From Vulcanimicrobiota bacterium (GTDB lineage: Bacteria; Vulcanimicrobiota; Vulcanimicrobiia; Vulcanimicrobiales; Vulcanimicrobiaceae): DNA of 64,000 bases. Shown here piece by piece: positions 50,754-60,877 of this stretch. Location: contig OY968762.1 of the NCBI GenBank assembly GCA_963695225.1, positions 1,408,001 through 1,472,000 of the forward strand. Reading direction: 5' to 3'. The first letter of the stretch is position 1; every line of letters starts with the position of its first letter. A program made the position numbers and the translations under genes. Below the pieces are notes generated by a model. That model ran no database searches. It was not told where the DNA came from and worked only from the letters and a program-made list of their open reading frames with translations.

Positions 50754-52109
50754 ATGAGCGCTTTGCCCACGCTCGAAACGAGCCGGCCCGCCCCCTCGAC
50801 GAAGCCGGTGAAGATCGGCTTGCTCGGCATCGGCACGGTCGGCGGCGGCACGTTCCGCGTTCTCGAGCGCAACCGTGAAGAAATCACGCGGCGCGCCGGG
50901 CGCCGCATCGAGATCGCGTGGGTGGGCGCGCGCAATCTCGAACGAGCGCGCGGGATCGTGGGCCCCGGTGTTCCGCTCGTCGACGACGTCGTGCGCGCCG
51001 TGACCGACCCGGAGATCGACATCGTCGTCGAGGTGATCGGCGGCACGACCGTCGCCAAAGACGCGATCCTCACCGCGATCGCACACGGCAAGCACGTCGT
51101 CACCGCAAACAAAGCGCTGCTCGCGACGGACGGGAACGAGATCTTCAGCGCCGCCAGCAAGCACGGCGTCATGGTCGCCTTCGAAGGTGCCGTTTCCGGT
51201 TGCATTCCGACGATCAAGGCGTTGCGCGAGGGCCTCGCCGCGAATCGGATCGAGTGGATCGCCGGCATCATCAACGGGACGAGCAACTTCATCCTCTCCG
51301 AGATGCGCTCGAAGGGCTTACCGTTCGAAACGGCGCTGCGCGAAGCGCAGCGGCTCGGATACGCGGAAGCGGATCCGACGTTCGACGTCGAGGGGATCGA
51401 TTCGGCGCACAAGATCACGCTGCTCTCGGCGATCGGCTTCGGCATCCCGGTGCAGTTCGAACGCGCGTACGTCGAGGGCATCACGAAGCTCACCGACAAG
51501 GACATCACCTACGCAGAAGATCTGGGCTTCCGCATCAAGCTGCTCGGCATCACGCGCCGCACGCCCGGCGGCATCGAACTGCGCGTGCATCCGACGCTGA
51601 TCCCCGCGAACCGCTTGATCGCGAGCGTCGACGGCGCGATGAACGCGATTCTCGTCAAGGGCGACGCGGCCGGAGTGACGATGTACTACGGCGCCGGCGC
51701 CGGTTCCGAGCCGACGGCCTCGGCGGTGCTCGCGGACGTGATCGACGTGACGCGCTTGATGCGCGCGGAGCCGGAGGAACGCGTGCCGCATCTCGCGTTC
51801 CAGCCCGACGCGCTCAGCGACGTCGGAATCCTGCCGATGGGCGACGTCGAGACGTCGTACTATCTGCGCGTGCGCGTCAAGGACCAAGTCGGCGTCCTAG
51901 CCGACATCGCCCGCACGCTCGCGGACTCCGGCATCTCGATCGACAAGATGATCCAACAGGGCGCGGGCGATCTCGAAAACGAGACCGACATCGTCATCCT
52001 CACGCACCGCACCTGCGAGCGAAACTTCGACGCCGCGATCGCGCGGCTCGTCGAACTCGCGACCGTCCGCAAGGAATACACCCGAATCCGCCGCGAGGAT
52101 CTCGGCTAG
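50754..52109 (+). CDS. hom: homoserine dehydrogenase with ACT domain
   Basis: GIGTVGGG, VTANKA, GIINGTSN, GYAEADP, GAGSEPTASAV. Confidence 0.96.
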   Translation: MSALPTLETSRPAPSTKPVKIGLLGIGTVGGGTFRVLERNREEITRRAGRRIEIAWVGARNLERARGIVGPGVPLVDDVVRAVTDPEIDIVVEVIGGTTVAKDAILTAIAHGKHVVTANKALLATDGNEIFSAASKHGVMVAFEGAVSGCIPTIKALREGLAANRIEWIAGIINGTSNFILSEMRSKGLPFETALREAQRLGYAEADPTFDVEGIDSAHKITLLSAIGFGIPVQFERAYVEGITKLTDKDITYAEDLGFRIKLLGITRRTPGGIELRVHPTLIPANRLIASVDGAMNAILVKGDAAGVTMYYGAGAGSEPTASAVLADVIDVTRLMRAEPEERVPHLAFQPDALSDVGILPMGDVETSYYLRVRVKDQVGVLADIARTLADSGISIDKMIQQGAGDLENETDIVILTHRTCERNFDAAIARLVELATVRKEYTRIRREDLG

Positions 52110-52206
52110 AACACCGCCGCCATCCTCAAATGTCACCCGCGGCGGAGCGAGCTTCGATGCGGGCCCATACGGCCATGGGCCGTTCAGCGTGACATCGAGC
52201 CGCAGG

Positions 52207-52701
52207 CTAGATCGAGAAGTCGGCTCCGCGGACCGGCTCGGTGACCCGGCCGGGCTCGGCGCCCTCGCCTGGCCCGCTCTCCTGATTCGCCGGCTCGGCT
52301 TCCTGCGGCGCGGCGTCGCCTGCACCGGCCACGATCGCGGGCGCTGCATCGCCCGCTCCATCGACGGGAGCAGGCGGCGGCTCCGCTTGGAACGCCTTTG
52401 CCGTGCCGTTCGTCGAGGGATCGTGGGCGAACGGCTCCACGGCGCCGCGTGGTTCGACGGGCTCGTGGAGGGCCGCGGCGCTCTCGGGCGCCTCGTGACG
52501 GATCGAGTCCTCCCAGGCGGAAGGGGAGAACGGGTGCTCGATCTCGGCCGCCTTCTCCATCTCGCGAATGAACGTCTGGGACGTGTTCTGCACGTCGCGC
52601 ATCACGGCGCCCACCTTCCGGGCCACCTTCGGAAGCTGGTCCGGGCCGAACAGGAGGAGCGCCGCGACCCCTATGACGGCGACGTCAACGGGCGAGAGCA
52701 A
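52207..52701 (-). CDS. Sec-independent translocase TatA/TatB-like subunit
   Basis: ALLLFGPDQLPKVAR..G; SD AGGAG before TTG. Confidence 0.8.
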   Translation of the reverse strand: MLSPVDVAVIGVAALLLFGPDQLPKVARKVGAVMRDVQNTSQTFIREMEKAAEIEHPFSPSAWEDSIRHEAPESAAALHEPVEPRGAVEPFAHDPSTNGTAKAFQAEPPPAPVDGAGDAAPAIVAGAGDAAPQEAEPANQESGPGEGAEPGRVTEPVRGADFSI

Positions 52702-52786
52702 AGGGCTCCTTCCCGCACGCGTGCAAAGTTGGGAACCCGGCATTCCTCCGGCGCGCATCTTCCCGCAAAGGCTGGCACGAGCGAAC

Positions 52787-53278
52787 GTGAAGATCATCTA
52801 CACGCGCGGTAATCGAACGGAGACGCTCGCGTCGATTTCGACGCTGAGAAAGATTCTGAACCGCTTTGTGAAGCATCGGGTTTTTTACGAAGTCTCCAGT
52901 CGGAATAAGCGCGCTCACGAATTCTTCTCCACGAAGAATTCGTTCGTCGTCGGCTCGATCGAAGTCGAGAATCGCGACTTCCTGCGCATCACGATCTTCG
53001 ACGCGCACCATTCCACGCACTCGATTGAAATCCTCAACCCCGCCGCCATGCGCATTTACGACGAAACCCTCGGCAAAGGCTTCGCGGTGTCGTTCCTCTC
53101 CGAACCGGCCGTCGACGTCGAATCGCGATGCTACCTGCGCGACGAAGGCGACGAGAGCGACGGGCAGCCGCAGCAGGCCGGCCTCGAGCGGATGAGCTTG
53201 CCGCAACTCTTCGAGTACCTCGAAGAGATCACGCACGTCGAGAAGCTTTGCGACGCGCCGCGAAAGGGACTGATCTAA
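52787..53278 (+). CDS. hypothetical protein
   Basis: globular-looking ORF with coding-like codon use; start uncertain. Confidence 0.65.
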   Translation: MKIIYTRGNRTETLASISTLRKILNRFVKHRVFYEVSSRNKRAHEFFSTKNSFVVGSIEVENRDFLRITIFDAHHSTHSIEILNPAAMRIYDETLGKGFAVSFLSEPAVDVESRCYLRDEGDESDGQPQQAGLERMSLPQLFEYLEEITHVEKLCDAPRKGLI

Positions 53279-53781
53279 GGCTCGGAACGCGGGCCGCGCG
53301 CTTCGAGTCGCGCGGCGGCCCGGAAATGCCGCACGGCCTCCGCGCGGCGACCGCTCCGTTTGCACGCAATCCCGAAATTGAGATGGGCCGGGGCGTACGC
53401 GGGGTCCGCCGCGACGGCGCGCTCGTAGAAGGCGATCGCTTCCGGCGTGCGGCCCTCTTCCAAGAGGAGGTTGCCGAGGTTGACGAGCGCCGGCGCGAAG
53501 CGCGGGCGCGCCGCAAGCGCCGCCTCGAAGGCCTCGCGCGCCTGCGGCGCCCGCGCCAGCGCGACGAGCGCGACGCCCCGCTTGTTGAGAATGCGGGCGC
53601 GCTCTTCCTCGCTCGACGCCGCCTCGAGCGCGGTTTCGAACGCGCCCAGCGCCTCCTCGGCGCACCCCGCCGCCAGCGCCGCCAGGCCGCGCCCGTACGG
53701 GCCCGCAGGCTCCCCGGGTAGCGCGGCCTTCCCGCCGCCCGGCGGGCGGCGCGCGGCAAGTCGAGCCAGCACGTCGAACAT
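53275..53781 (-). CDS. tetratricopeptide repeat protein
   Basis: ALVNLGNLL..G...EAIAFYERA repeats; start uncertain. Confidence 0.8.
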   Translation of the reverse strand: MFDVLARLAARRPPGGGKAALPGEPAGPYGRGLAALAAGCAEEALGAFETALEAASSEEERARILNKRGVALVALARAPQAREAFEAALAARPRFAPALVNLGNLLLEEGRTPEAIAFYERAVAADPAYAPAHLNFGIACKRSGRRAEAVRHFRAAARLEARGPRSEP

Positions 53782-53788
53782 CAGCATC

Positions 53789-54481
53789 ATGTTCCATGTC
53801 GACATCCTCACGCTCTTCCCCGAGATGTTCGCGCCGGCGATCGGGCTCTCGATCGTAGGGCGCGCCCAGGAGCGCGGGATCGTCGACGTGCGGCTGCACA
53901 ACATCCTGGACGCGCTCGGCGGGGGCGAGCGGGCCGACGACCGGCCGTTCGGCGGCGGGCCGGGGATGGTGCTGCGGGTGGAGCCGCTCGCGCGAATCCT
54001 CGACGGGATCGTCGCCGGGGCGGCGCCCGGGGAGCGACGGGCCATCGTCGTCACGAGCGCGGCCGGGCACCAGTTCCGCCACGCCGACGCCGAGGCATTC
54101 GCGCAGCTCGATCGCTTGGTGATCGTCTGCGGCCACTACGAGGGGATCGACGAACGGCTCGCCGAGTTGTACGGCGCCGAAGAGTACTCCCTCGGCGACT
54201 TCGTCTTGACCGGCGGCGAGATCCCGGCGCTGGCCTTCCTCGATGCGACCGTCCGCCTGCGGGCCGGGACCCTGAACGACGCCTCCCTGGAATCGGAATC
54301 GTTCGCCGCGGGCCTGCTCGATGCGCCGGCCTACACGCGCCCTCCGCGCTTCCGGGGGATCGAAGTCCCCGAGGTCCTGCTCTCAGGGGACCACGCCAAG
54401 ATCGCGGCCTGGCGCCGGGAACAATCCCGCGCCCGGACGGCCGCCCGCCGCCCGGACCTGGGAGGGCCGCCGGACCGCTGA
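53789..54481 (+). CDS. trmD: tRNA (guanine37-N1)-methyltransferase
   Basis: LTLFPEMF, DDRPFGGGPGMV, CGHYEGIDER, SLGDFVLTGGE, YTRP. Confidence 0.97.
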   Translation: MFHVDILTLFPEMFAPAIGLSIVGRAQERGIVDVRLHNILDALGGGERADDRPFGGGPGMVLRVEPLARILDGIVAGAAPGERRAIVVTSAAGHQFRHADAEAFAQLDRLVIVCGHYEGIDERLAELYGAEEYSLGDFVLTGGEIPALAFLDATVRLRAGTLNDASLESESFAAGLLDAPAYTRPPRFRGIEVPEVLLSGDHAKIAAWRREQSRARTAARRPDLGGPPDR

Positions 54482-54492
54482 CGCGCCGGCGT

Positions 54493-54522
54493 TTGCCTAG
54501 GGGTTGGCGCGCGTGATACAAT
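54493..54522 (+). promoter_or_regulatory. promoter for rplS
   Basis: TTGCCT-N18-TACAAT with extended TG. Confidence 0.65.
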
Positions 54523-54581
54523 TCCGGGGTTGTCCTGCGGGCTCTCGAAACCGATCGAGCCTGCGCGTGTATGGAGCCGTC

Positions 54582-54932
54582 ATGAACCTCATCGACCTGA
54601 TCGACAAAGAGCAAGCGAACGCGACCCCGCCCGCTTTCCGGCCGGGCGATACGGTCAAGGTCTACTCGAAGATCGTCGAGGGCGGCAAAGAGCGCGTCCA
54701 GATGTTCGAAGGCGTCGTGACCGTCCGCCGGGGCGGCGGCTCGGGCGAAACGATCACGGTCCGCCGCGTGGCGCACGGCGTCGGCGTCGAGAAGTCGTTC
54801 CTCCTCCATAGCCCCCGCCTCGAAAAGATCGAGGTTTCCAAGCGCGGCATCGTGCGCCGGAGCCGCCTCTACTACCTCGCGGACAAGATCGGCAAGGAAG
54901 CCCGCATCAAGGAAAAGCGCGCGGCGGGATAG
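54582..54932 (+). CDS. rplS: 50S ribosomal protein L19
   Basis: FRPGDTV, RVQMFEG, GVGVE, SRLYYL. Confidence 0.97.
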   Translation: MNLIDLIDKEQANATPPAFRPGDTVKVYSKIVEGGKERVQMFEGVVTVRRGGGSGETITVRRVAHGVGVEKSFLLHSPRLEKIEVSKRGIVRRSRLYYLADKIGKEARIKEKRAAG

Positions 54933-54947
54933 CCGGCCGCCGGGATC

Positions 54948-55718
54948 GTGTCGCCGCTTCAGCTTTTCGCACTGATCTGCGTCTTGGCGGTCATCCGCGT
55001 CGTGCTCCATTTCCGGCCCGCGACCGCGCCTTCAGGCACGGGCACAGGCCTCGGCGTCGGCGAGCAGCCCGCCCGGCCCGCTTCGTCGGCCACGGAAGTC
55101 CTGCGCGAGTACCTCGACGCGTTCATCGTCGCGGGGCTCGTCGCGCTCTTCCTCATCACGTTCGTCATCCGGACGTTCTACATTCCGTCGGGCTCGATGG
55201 AGCCGACGCTGCAGATCCACGACGTGCTGCTCGTCAACGAGTTCGAATATCGCACGTCGCCCCCGCACGACGGCGACATCGTGGTCTTCAAGCCGCCGCT
55301 CGACACGCCGAACGATTTCATCAAGAGAGTCATCGGATCTCCCGGGGAACGGCTGCGCATCCACAACGGGCTCGTCTACCGCAACGACGTCCCGCTCGCC
55401 GAGCCGTACACCGCGCAAGCGCCGGCCTACGAGCTCGAAATCAAGGACTACGGCATCTACGTCGACGGCCAACCGCTCGATCCGACGGTTGCGAACATCC
55501 CGCCGCGCGAGCAGTGGTCGGCGCCGGACCGCATTCCCGCCGGGTGCTACTTCATGATGGGCGACAACCGCAACAATTCCGAAGACTCGCACTTCTGGGG
55601 CTTCGCGCAGCCGAGCGGCACTTTCTGGAGCGGATCCCAGAAATCGCAACGTGCGGCGTTCACGGGGCACGCGTTCCTGTTGTTCTGGCCTCCGCAGCGC
55701 CTTCGCATTCTGAAGTAG
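54948..55718 (+). CDS. lepB: signal peptidase I
   Basis: IPSGSMEPTL, IKRVIG, GDNRNNSEDS. Confidence 0.93.
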   Translation: MSPLQLFALICVLAVIRVVLHFRPATAPSGTGTGLGVGEQPARPASSATEVLREYLDAFIVAGLVALFLITFVIRTFYIPSGSMEPTLQIHDVLLVNEFEYRTSPPHDGDIVVFKPPLDTPNDFIKRVIGSPGERLRIHNGLVYRNDVPLAEPYTAQAPAYELEIKDYGIYVDGQPLDPTVANIPPREQWSAPDRIPAGCYFMMGDNRNNSEDSHFWGFAQPSGTFWSGSQKSQRAAFTGHAFLLFWPPQRLRILK

Positions 55719-55776
55719 GGTCGCGCGGACGCTCCGCCGCGGGGGGAACTCGCGCGGAACGCGAACGTCGGAATCC

Positions 55777-56286
55777 GTGCTGTCGTCCACGGTGCGGTGG
55801 CGATCTGCCGCTTCCATCGCGCTGCAGGTCGCGCTCCTCGGCTTGATCGCATTCGCGTTGATGCTGCGAGCACCGCAAGTGAGCGGTCTTTCGATGGAGC
55901 CGCGGATCGACGCGGGCGAGTACGTGCTCATCAACACGCTCGCGTACCGGTTCGGCGCGCCGGCGCGCGGCGAAATCATCGCGTTCAAGCACGAGGAGAA
56001 CTCGCTGGTCTACCTCAAGCGCGTGATCGGCGTCCCCGGCGACCGCATCGCGATCGAACGCGGCAACGTGATCCTCAACGGCCGCGCGCTCGATGAGAGC
56101 TACGTGCGCTATCGCGACGGGCGCAGCGCGCCCGCCGTCGTCGTCCCCGCCGACGCCTACTACGTGCTCGGCGACAACCGCGCGAAGAGCGAGGACTCGC
56201 GCTCCTGGGGCTTCGTCGCGAAACGCGACGTCGTCGGGCGCGCGCTGTGGGGCGTCTGGCCTCCGGAGCGCGCGGGCGCGCTGTGA
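55777..56286 (+). CDS. lepB: signal peptidase I (second paralog)
   Basis: GLSMEP, LKRVIGVPGD, GDNRAKSEDSR. Confidence 0.9.
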   Translation: MLSSTVRWRSAASIALQVALLGLIAFALMLRAPQVSGLSMEPRIDAGEYVLINTLAYRFGAPARGEIIAFKHEENSLVYLKRVIGVPGDRIAIERGNVILNGRALDESYVRYRDGRSAPAVVVPADAYYVLGDNRAKSEDSRSWGFVAKRDVVGRALWGVWPPERAGAL

Positions 56287-57077
56287 ACGCGACGAACCCG
56301 GTCCAGTGGTATCCCGGCCACATGGCGCGCGCGATGCGCCGCCTCGCCGAGGATATCAAGCTGATCGACGTCGTCATCGAGGTGGTCGACGCGCGCGTCC
56401 CGCGCTGCGGCGGGAATCCCGCGCTCGCCCGCATGGTCGGCAAGCGGCCGCGTCTGCTCGTCCTCGGACGCTCCGATCTCGCCGATCCCGCGCAAACCAC
56501 CGCCTGGCTCGCGCACTTCGAGCGCGCCGGCGTCCCCGCGGTCGAAGCGAATGCGAAATCCCAAGCGGACGGGACCGCGCTGCGCGCCCGCCTCGCGCAA
56601 CTCGGCGGCGAACGGCGCAGCGCGCGCGCGATCGTCCTCGGGATTCCGAACGCGGGGAAATCCTCGATCATCAACGCGCTCGTCCGCAAGAACGTGGCGC
56701 GCACCGAAGACCGCGCCGGCGTCACGCGCGCGGCCCAGTGGTTCCGGGTCGCGCCCGGGCTCGAGCTGATGGATACGGCCGGCATCCTCGTGCCGAGGAT
56801 CGACACGCCGGAAGCGCAGTGGAAGCTCGCGCTGGTCGGCGCCGTCCCCCGCGCGCGTTTCGAGGCGGAGGAAGTCGTCGGCGCCCTCCACGCCTGGGCT
56901 GCAGGGGCGCTCCCGAACCGCGCGCTGCCGGATTTGGAAACATACGCGCAAACGCGCGGCTTCATCCGGCGTGGTACGATCCCCGACACGCACAACGCCG
57001 CATGGTCGTACATCAAGGATTTCAACGAACTGAAATTCGGGAGGATCACGCTCGACCCCGCGCCGGAGGCGGCGTGA
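56283..57077 (+). CDS. rbgA: ribosome biogenesis GTPase RbgA/YlqF
   Basis: QWYPGHM, DARVP, GIPNAGKSS, DTAGIL. Confidence 0.9.
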   Translation: MNATNPVQWYPGHMARAMRRLAEDIKLIDVVIEVVDARVPRCGGNPALARMVGKRPRLLVLGRSDLADPAQTTAWLAHFERAGVPAVEANAKSQADGTALRARLAQLGGERRSARAIVLGIPNAGKSSIINALVRKNVARTEDRAGVTRAAQWFRVAPGLELMDTAGILVPRIDTPEAQWKLALVGAVPRARFEAEEVVGALHAWAAGALPNRALPDLETYAQTRGFIRRGTIPDTHNAAWSYIKDFNELKFGRITLDPAPEAA

Positions 57078-57769
57078 GCGGCGAGGCGCAACTCGCCGCC
57101 CGCCGCGCACGGGATCGCGAGCACCGGCGGCTGCTCCGGCTCCACCGCTACGAATTCGCGGCGCGGGAGCTGGGGCACACGTTCATCGGCGGCTGCGACG
57201 AAGTCGGGCGCGGCCCGCTGGCGGGGCCGGTCGTGGCGTGCGTCGTCGTCACCGGCGGTTCGCTGATGCTGCCGGGCCTCAACGATTCGAAGCAAGTCGC
57301 GCCGGAGCAACGCAGACTGCTGGCCGCCCAAATCAAGGTTCGCGCCCACGCCTGGGCGATCGGCGAAGCCTCCGTCGCCGAGATCGACCGGCTGAACGTC
57401 TACTGGGCGAGCGTGCTCGCCATGGAACGCGCGCTCGCCGCGCTGCCGGCGCCGCCGGACTACTTGATCACCGATGCCGTGCGCCTTCGCTCGTACGCCG
57501 GGGCGCAGCTTCCGCTCGTGAAGGCGGACGCGAAATCCGCCTGCGTCGCCGCCGCCTCCATCCTCGCGAAGGTCTACCGCGACGCGCTCTTGTGCGAGCT
57601 CGACAGGGCTTTCCCCGCGTACGGCTTCGCCGACCACAAAGGGTACGCGACGGCCCGGCACATCGCGGCGCTCCGCGAGCACGGGCCTTGCGCGCATCAC
57701 CGGCGCGGGTTCGCGACCGTCAAGGAGATGCTCCCGCTCTTCGACCTCGACTTCGATTCCGCGCCGTGA
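57074..57769 (+). CDS. rnhB: ribonuclease HII
   Basis: GCDEVGRGPLAGPVV, NDSK, AAASILAKV, HKGY. Confidence 0.95.
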   Translation: MSGEAQLAARRARDREHRRLLRLHRYEFAARELGHTFIGGCDEVGRGPLAGPVVACVVVTGGSLMLPGLNDSKQVAPEQRRLLAAQIKVRAHAWAIGEASVAEIDRLNVYWASVLAMERALAALPAPPDYLITDAVRLRSYAGAQLPLVKADAKSACVAAASILAKVYRDALLCELDRAFPAYGFADHKGYATARHIAALREHGPCAHHRRGFATVKEMLPLFDLDFDSAP

Positions 57770-58107
57770 ACGATCGGCGCTCGCTTGGGCGCTCAGGCGA
57801 AGACGCCGCATGCGAGCATCTGCGGCGCCTGGGCTACCGCATCGTGGGACGGAACGTGCGCTGCGGACGGGGCGAGATCGACCTGATAGCGCGCGACGGC
57901 GAGACCCTCGTGTTCGTCGAGGTAAAGGTGCGCCGAGGGCGCAGCCACGGGTCCGCGCTCTCGGCGGTCGACGCGCGAAAACGCAAGCAGCTCCGCACGC
58001 TCGCCGGAGATTTCCTGCAATTCGTCCCTGCCGGCACGAAAGCGCGCTTCGACGTCCTCGCGATCGACGGGGAACGAATCTCGCATTTCCGGGGGGCCTT
58101 TTCGTAA
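57766..58107 (+). CDS. YraN family protein
   Basis: G..GEDAA, GEIDLIA, VFVEVK, RFDV. Confidence 0.92.
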   Translation: MNDRRSLGRSGEDAACEHLRRLGYRIVGRNVRCGRGEIDLIARDGETLVFVEVKVRRGRSHGSALSAVDARKRKQLRTLAGDFLQFVPAGTKARFDVLAIDGERISHFRGAFS

Positions 58108-58175
58108 GAACTCGAATACGGGACGGCCGTTTGTCCGAACGGTCTTTCCGCCTGGAGCAGAGCGCCGCATGAACG

Positions 58176-59822
58176 ATGGCCACGACCGCCGCTAGCAAAG
58201 CCGCCCCGGTCAGCGAGCCGACCTTACGGCGTTCCGTCACACCGTGGGGATCGTTTTCGTGGGGCTACTCCGACATCGGAGCGGACATCTTCGTCGGCCT
58301 CGGCCTCGTGCTCGGCGCCGCCGCCGGGGCTTCGAACGTCGCGTTCCTCTTCGCGGGGATCGTTTACGTTTGCATCGGGCTCGCCTACACCGAACTCGCC
58401 GCGACGTATCCTGTGGCGGGCGGCGGTCAATACTTCGTCTTCCGCGGCCTCGGCGACATCTTCGGTTTCATCGCGGGCTGGGCCGTACTGCTCGATTTCA
58501 CGATCGACATCACGCTGTTCGCATGGAGTTGCATCGACTATCTCAGCGCGCTCCCTCCGCTCGCGTTCTTGAGCTTCACGCACCATCCGATCACGCATTT
58601 CGTCATCGTCCTCGGCGTGATCGTGGCGCTCGCCGTCCTCAACATCGTCGGCGTGCGCGAGAGTTCGGCGTTCAACGAGCTCGTCAGCGGGCTCGACGTC
58701 GTCAGCGAGACGTTGATCCTCTTCTTCGGCTTCCTGTTCGCATTCCATCCGGATCTGCTGATCCACACGATGACGACGTCGTGGCCTACGCCGTTCAATC
58801 TGATGAACGGCGTCTCGCTCGCGATCATCTCGTTCGTAGGGCTCGAATCGATCTCGCAAGCCGCGCAAGAGACGCAGCGGCCGGCCTCGGTCATACCGCG
58901 CACGTCGATCGGCCTGATCTTGACCATCTTGATCTTCGCGCTCTCGTATTCGAATCTGGCGCTCGGCATGCAGACGCCGACGCTCCCGCTCGATGCCCAC
59001 GGGCAGGTTCAGCCGCTGTGGCACTTCCTCGGTAACTCGGAGAACAACGGCAAAGCGGTCGCCGTCCTCGCGTCGTACGTGCCGTATTACGGCGCGCTCG
59101 CGGCGCTCTACGTGCCGATCCTGGGCGGAATCCTGTTGCTGATCTCCTCGAACTCCGGCGTCTTCGGCAGTTCCCGGATCGCCTACGCGATGAGCGATTC
59201 CGGCCTTCTGCCGAGCCCGTTCCGGCGCGTTCACCCGAAATACCGCACGCCCGCACTCTCGATCGTAGCGTTCTGCAGCGTTGCGATCGTGGAGCTGATC
59301 TTCGCATCGCTCCCCAGCCTCTCGCCCGCGGTCAAGGAAACCTACGCCCACCTCTTCCGCGGCGAGGACGGCATCACGTTCCTCGGCGACCTTTACGCGT
59401 TCGGAGCGGCGGCGAGCTATTCGCTCGTCTTCATCGCGTTCATCTCGCTGCGCTTGAACGATCCGCAGAGCCCGCGCAAGTTCAAGATGCCGCTGAACAT
59501 TCCGATGACGTATCGCGGCAACCGCGTCGAGTTCCCGGTCGTCGCCGTCATCGGATTCATCGGCATCGTCTCGATCCTCGTGTTCACGATGATCACGCAT
59601 GAGATCGGCCGCGTCGCCGGCCCCGCTTGGATCGCGTGCGGCATCGTGGGCTACCTCGTCTATCGCCGCAGCAAGGGGCTGCCGCTCTTCCGCTCGCGGC
59701 CCCAAGATTGGCGCAAGGCGCAGATCCAGATCCTGCGGGAAGCCGGCGAACTCGAGTTGATGGACGAGTACATCGCGAACGTCAAGGCGATGGACGAGCG
59801 CAAAGCGGCGGCGGCAAAATGA
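58176..59822 (+). CDS. APC family amino acid permease
   Basis: about 12 TMs, YTELAATYPVAGG, FVGLESISQAAQE, SRIAYAM, HPKYRTP. Confidence 0.9.
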   Translation: MATTAASKAAPVSEPTLRRSVTPWGSFSWGYSDIGADIFVGLGLVLGAAAGASNVAFLFAGIVYVCIGLAYTELAATYPVAGGGQYFVFRGLGDIFGFIAGWAVLLDFTIDITLFAWSCIDYLSALPPLAFLSFTHHPITHFVIVLGVIVALAVLNIVGVRESSAFNELVSGLDVVSETLILFFGFLFAFHPDLLIHTMTTSWPTPFNLMNGVSLAIISFVGLESISQAAQETQRPASVIPRTSIGLILTILIFALSYSNLALGMQTPTLPLDAHGQVQPLWHFLGNSENNGKAVAVLASYVPYYGALAALYVPILGGILLLISSNSGVFGSSRIAYAMSDSGLLPSPFRRVHPKYRTPALSIVAFCSVAIVELIFASLPSLSPAVKETYAHLFRGEDGITFLGDLYAFGAAASYSLVFIAFISLRLNDPQSPRKFKMPLNIPMTYRGNRVEFPVVAVIGFIGIVSILVFTMITHEIGRVAGPAWIACGIVGYLVYRRSKGLPLFRSRPQDWRKAQIQILREAGELELMDEYIANVKAMDERKAAAAK

Positions 59823-60037
59823 GGCGGATCGTCTCGAGCACCGGCTACCAGCGTTTGCGCGCGCTCCTCGGCGCCGGCTTCATCGTGCTCGGCGCCGTCA
59901 CGCTGTGGCGCAGCATCGCACTCGCCGGGATCGGCACGCAAACGATCCCCTCGCTCGTGCTCGGAACCGCGATGATCGCGCTCGGAGTCGTCCGCCTGCG
60001 CGACTTCATCGCACTGCGCGCGAGGCCGCCGCGGTGA
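59819..60037 (+). CDS. small 2-TM protein
   Basis: ATGA and GTGA coupled on both sides, hydrophobic. Confidence 0.7.
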   Translation: MRRIVSSTGYQRLRALLGAGFIVLGAVTLWRSIALAGIGTQTIPSLVLGTAMIALGVVRLRDFIALRARPPR

Positions 60038-60681
60038 CCCCGCAGATCTACCCGCAGCCGCATCTGCTCGGCGCGCTGCTCGCGCTCGCGGTCCTGGCCG
60101 CCGTCTCCGGCACGCTCTGGTGGATGCTCCATCCGCCCACGACGAAAGCCGACCGCGCCGCAAGCAACGCCGAGTTGAATGTCGAGCACTTGATCGGGAG
60201 CATCCTCGTGGTCTTCGCGAAGGACATCCACTCCGAGCACATGCTGGCCCTCGCCGTCCGCCTGGCCCGCCGCGAAAAGGCCGAGTTGCGCGCGCTCTAC
60301 GTCGTCGAAGTCCCGCACACGCTCCCGCTCGACGCCGAAATGCCGGTGGAGAGCCGCGAGGCGCTCGACGTGCTGGCGACGGCCGAAGCGCTCGGGCGGA
60401 ACAACAACGTCGAGATCGCGACCGAAATCGTGATGGCCCGCCAAGTGAGCCAAGGCGTCCTCGACGTCGCCAAGCGCCGCGACGCGCACATGGTCGTCAT
60501 GGGCGCCTTTCGCGAAGGCAAATACGCGGGCGCGCCGCTGGCCAAAGCGATCGAGGTGATCGCCGCCAAGGCGAAGTGCGACGTCCTCATCGGCGTGCAA
60601 GGGGAGTTCGGCCGCATCCTGACGCCCCCGTCGGACCTCACGAGCGCAAAGAAGGCCGCGGCCAAGGCGGCTGCTCCGTAG
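60034..60681 (+). CDS. universal stress protein with N-terminal TM
   Basis: ILV, LYVVEVP, AHMVVMG, AKCDVLI. Confidence 0.85.
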   Translation: MTPQIYPQPHLLGALLALAVLAAVSGTLWWMLHPPTTKADRAASNAELNVEHLIGSILVVFAKDIHSEHMLALAVRLARREKAELRALYVVEVPHTLPLDAEMPVESREALDVLATAEALGRNNNVEIATEIVMARQVSQGVLDVAKRRDAHMVVMGAFREGKYAGAPLAKAIEVIAAKAKCDVLIGVQGEFGRILTPPSDLTSAKKAAAKAAAP

Positions 60682-60689
60682 GTTCGCTG

Positions 60690-60852
60690 GGCCCGCGTGC
60701 GGGGCGGGGAGACAGGGGGCGTCGAGACCGCTGCTCGTTTTCGCATCCTGCGAAAACGAGCGCTGCACCGCCGCCGGCCTCTCGCCGTCCTTGGCTCCGG
60801 CCGGCGGTCGGAGCTCTCGCCGCCCCCTGTCTCCCCGCCCCGCACGCTACCT
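60690..60852 (-). repeat. structured intergenic repeat, copy 3 (divergent, inverted)
   Basis: perfect 27-bp arms 60695-60721 and 60821-60847; hairpins GCCAAGGACGGC and TTTCGCAGGATGCGAAA on minus strand. Confidence 0.85.
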
Positions 60853-60877
60853 GCGAACATGCTGTGCAGCGCCCTTG

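Noticed and set aside
52131..52195. Small nested hairpin ATGTCAC..GGCCCAT-ACGGCC-ATGGGCC..GTGACAT between hom and the tat gene
   Set aside because: It lacks the GGA loops and long arms of the repeat family; most likely a terminator-like structure between convergent genes.
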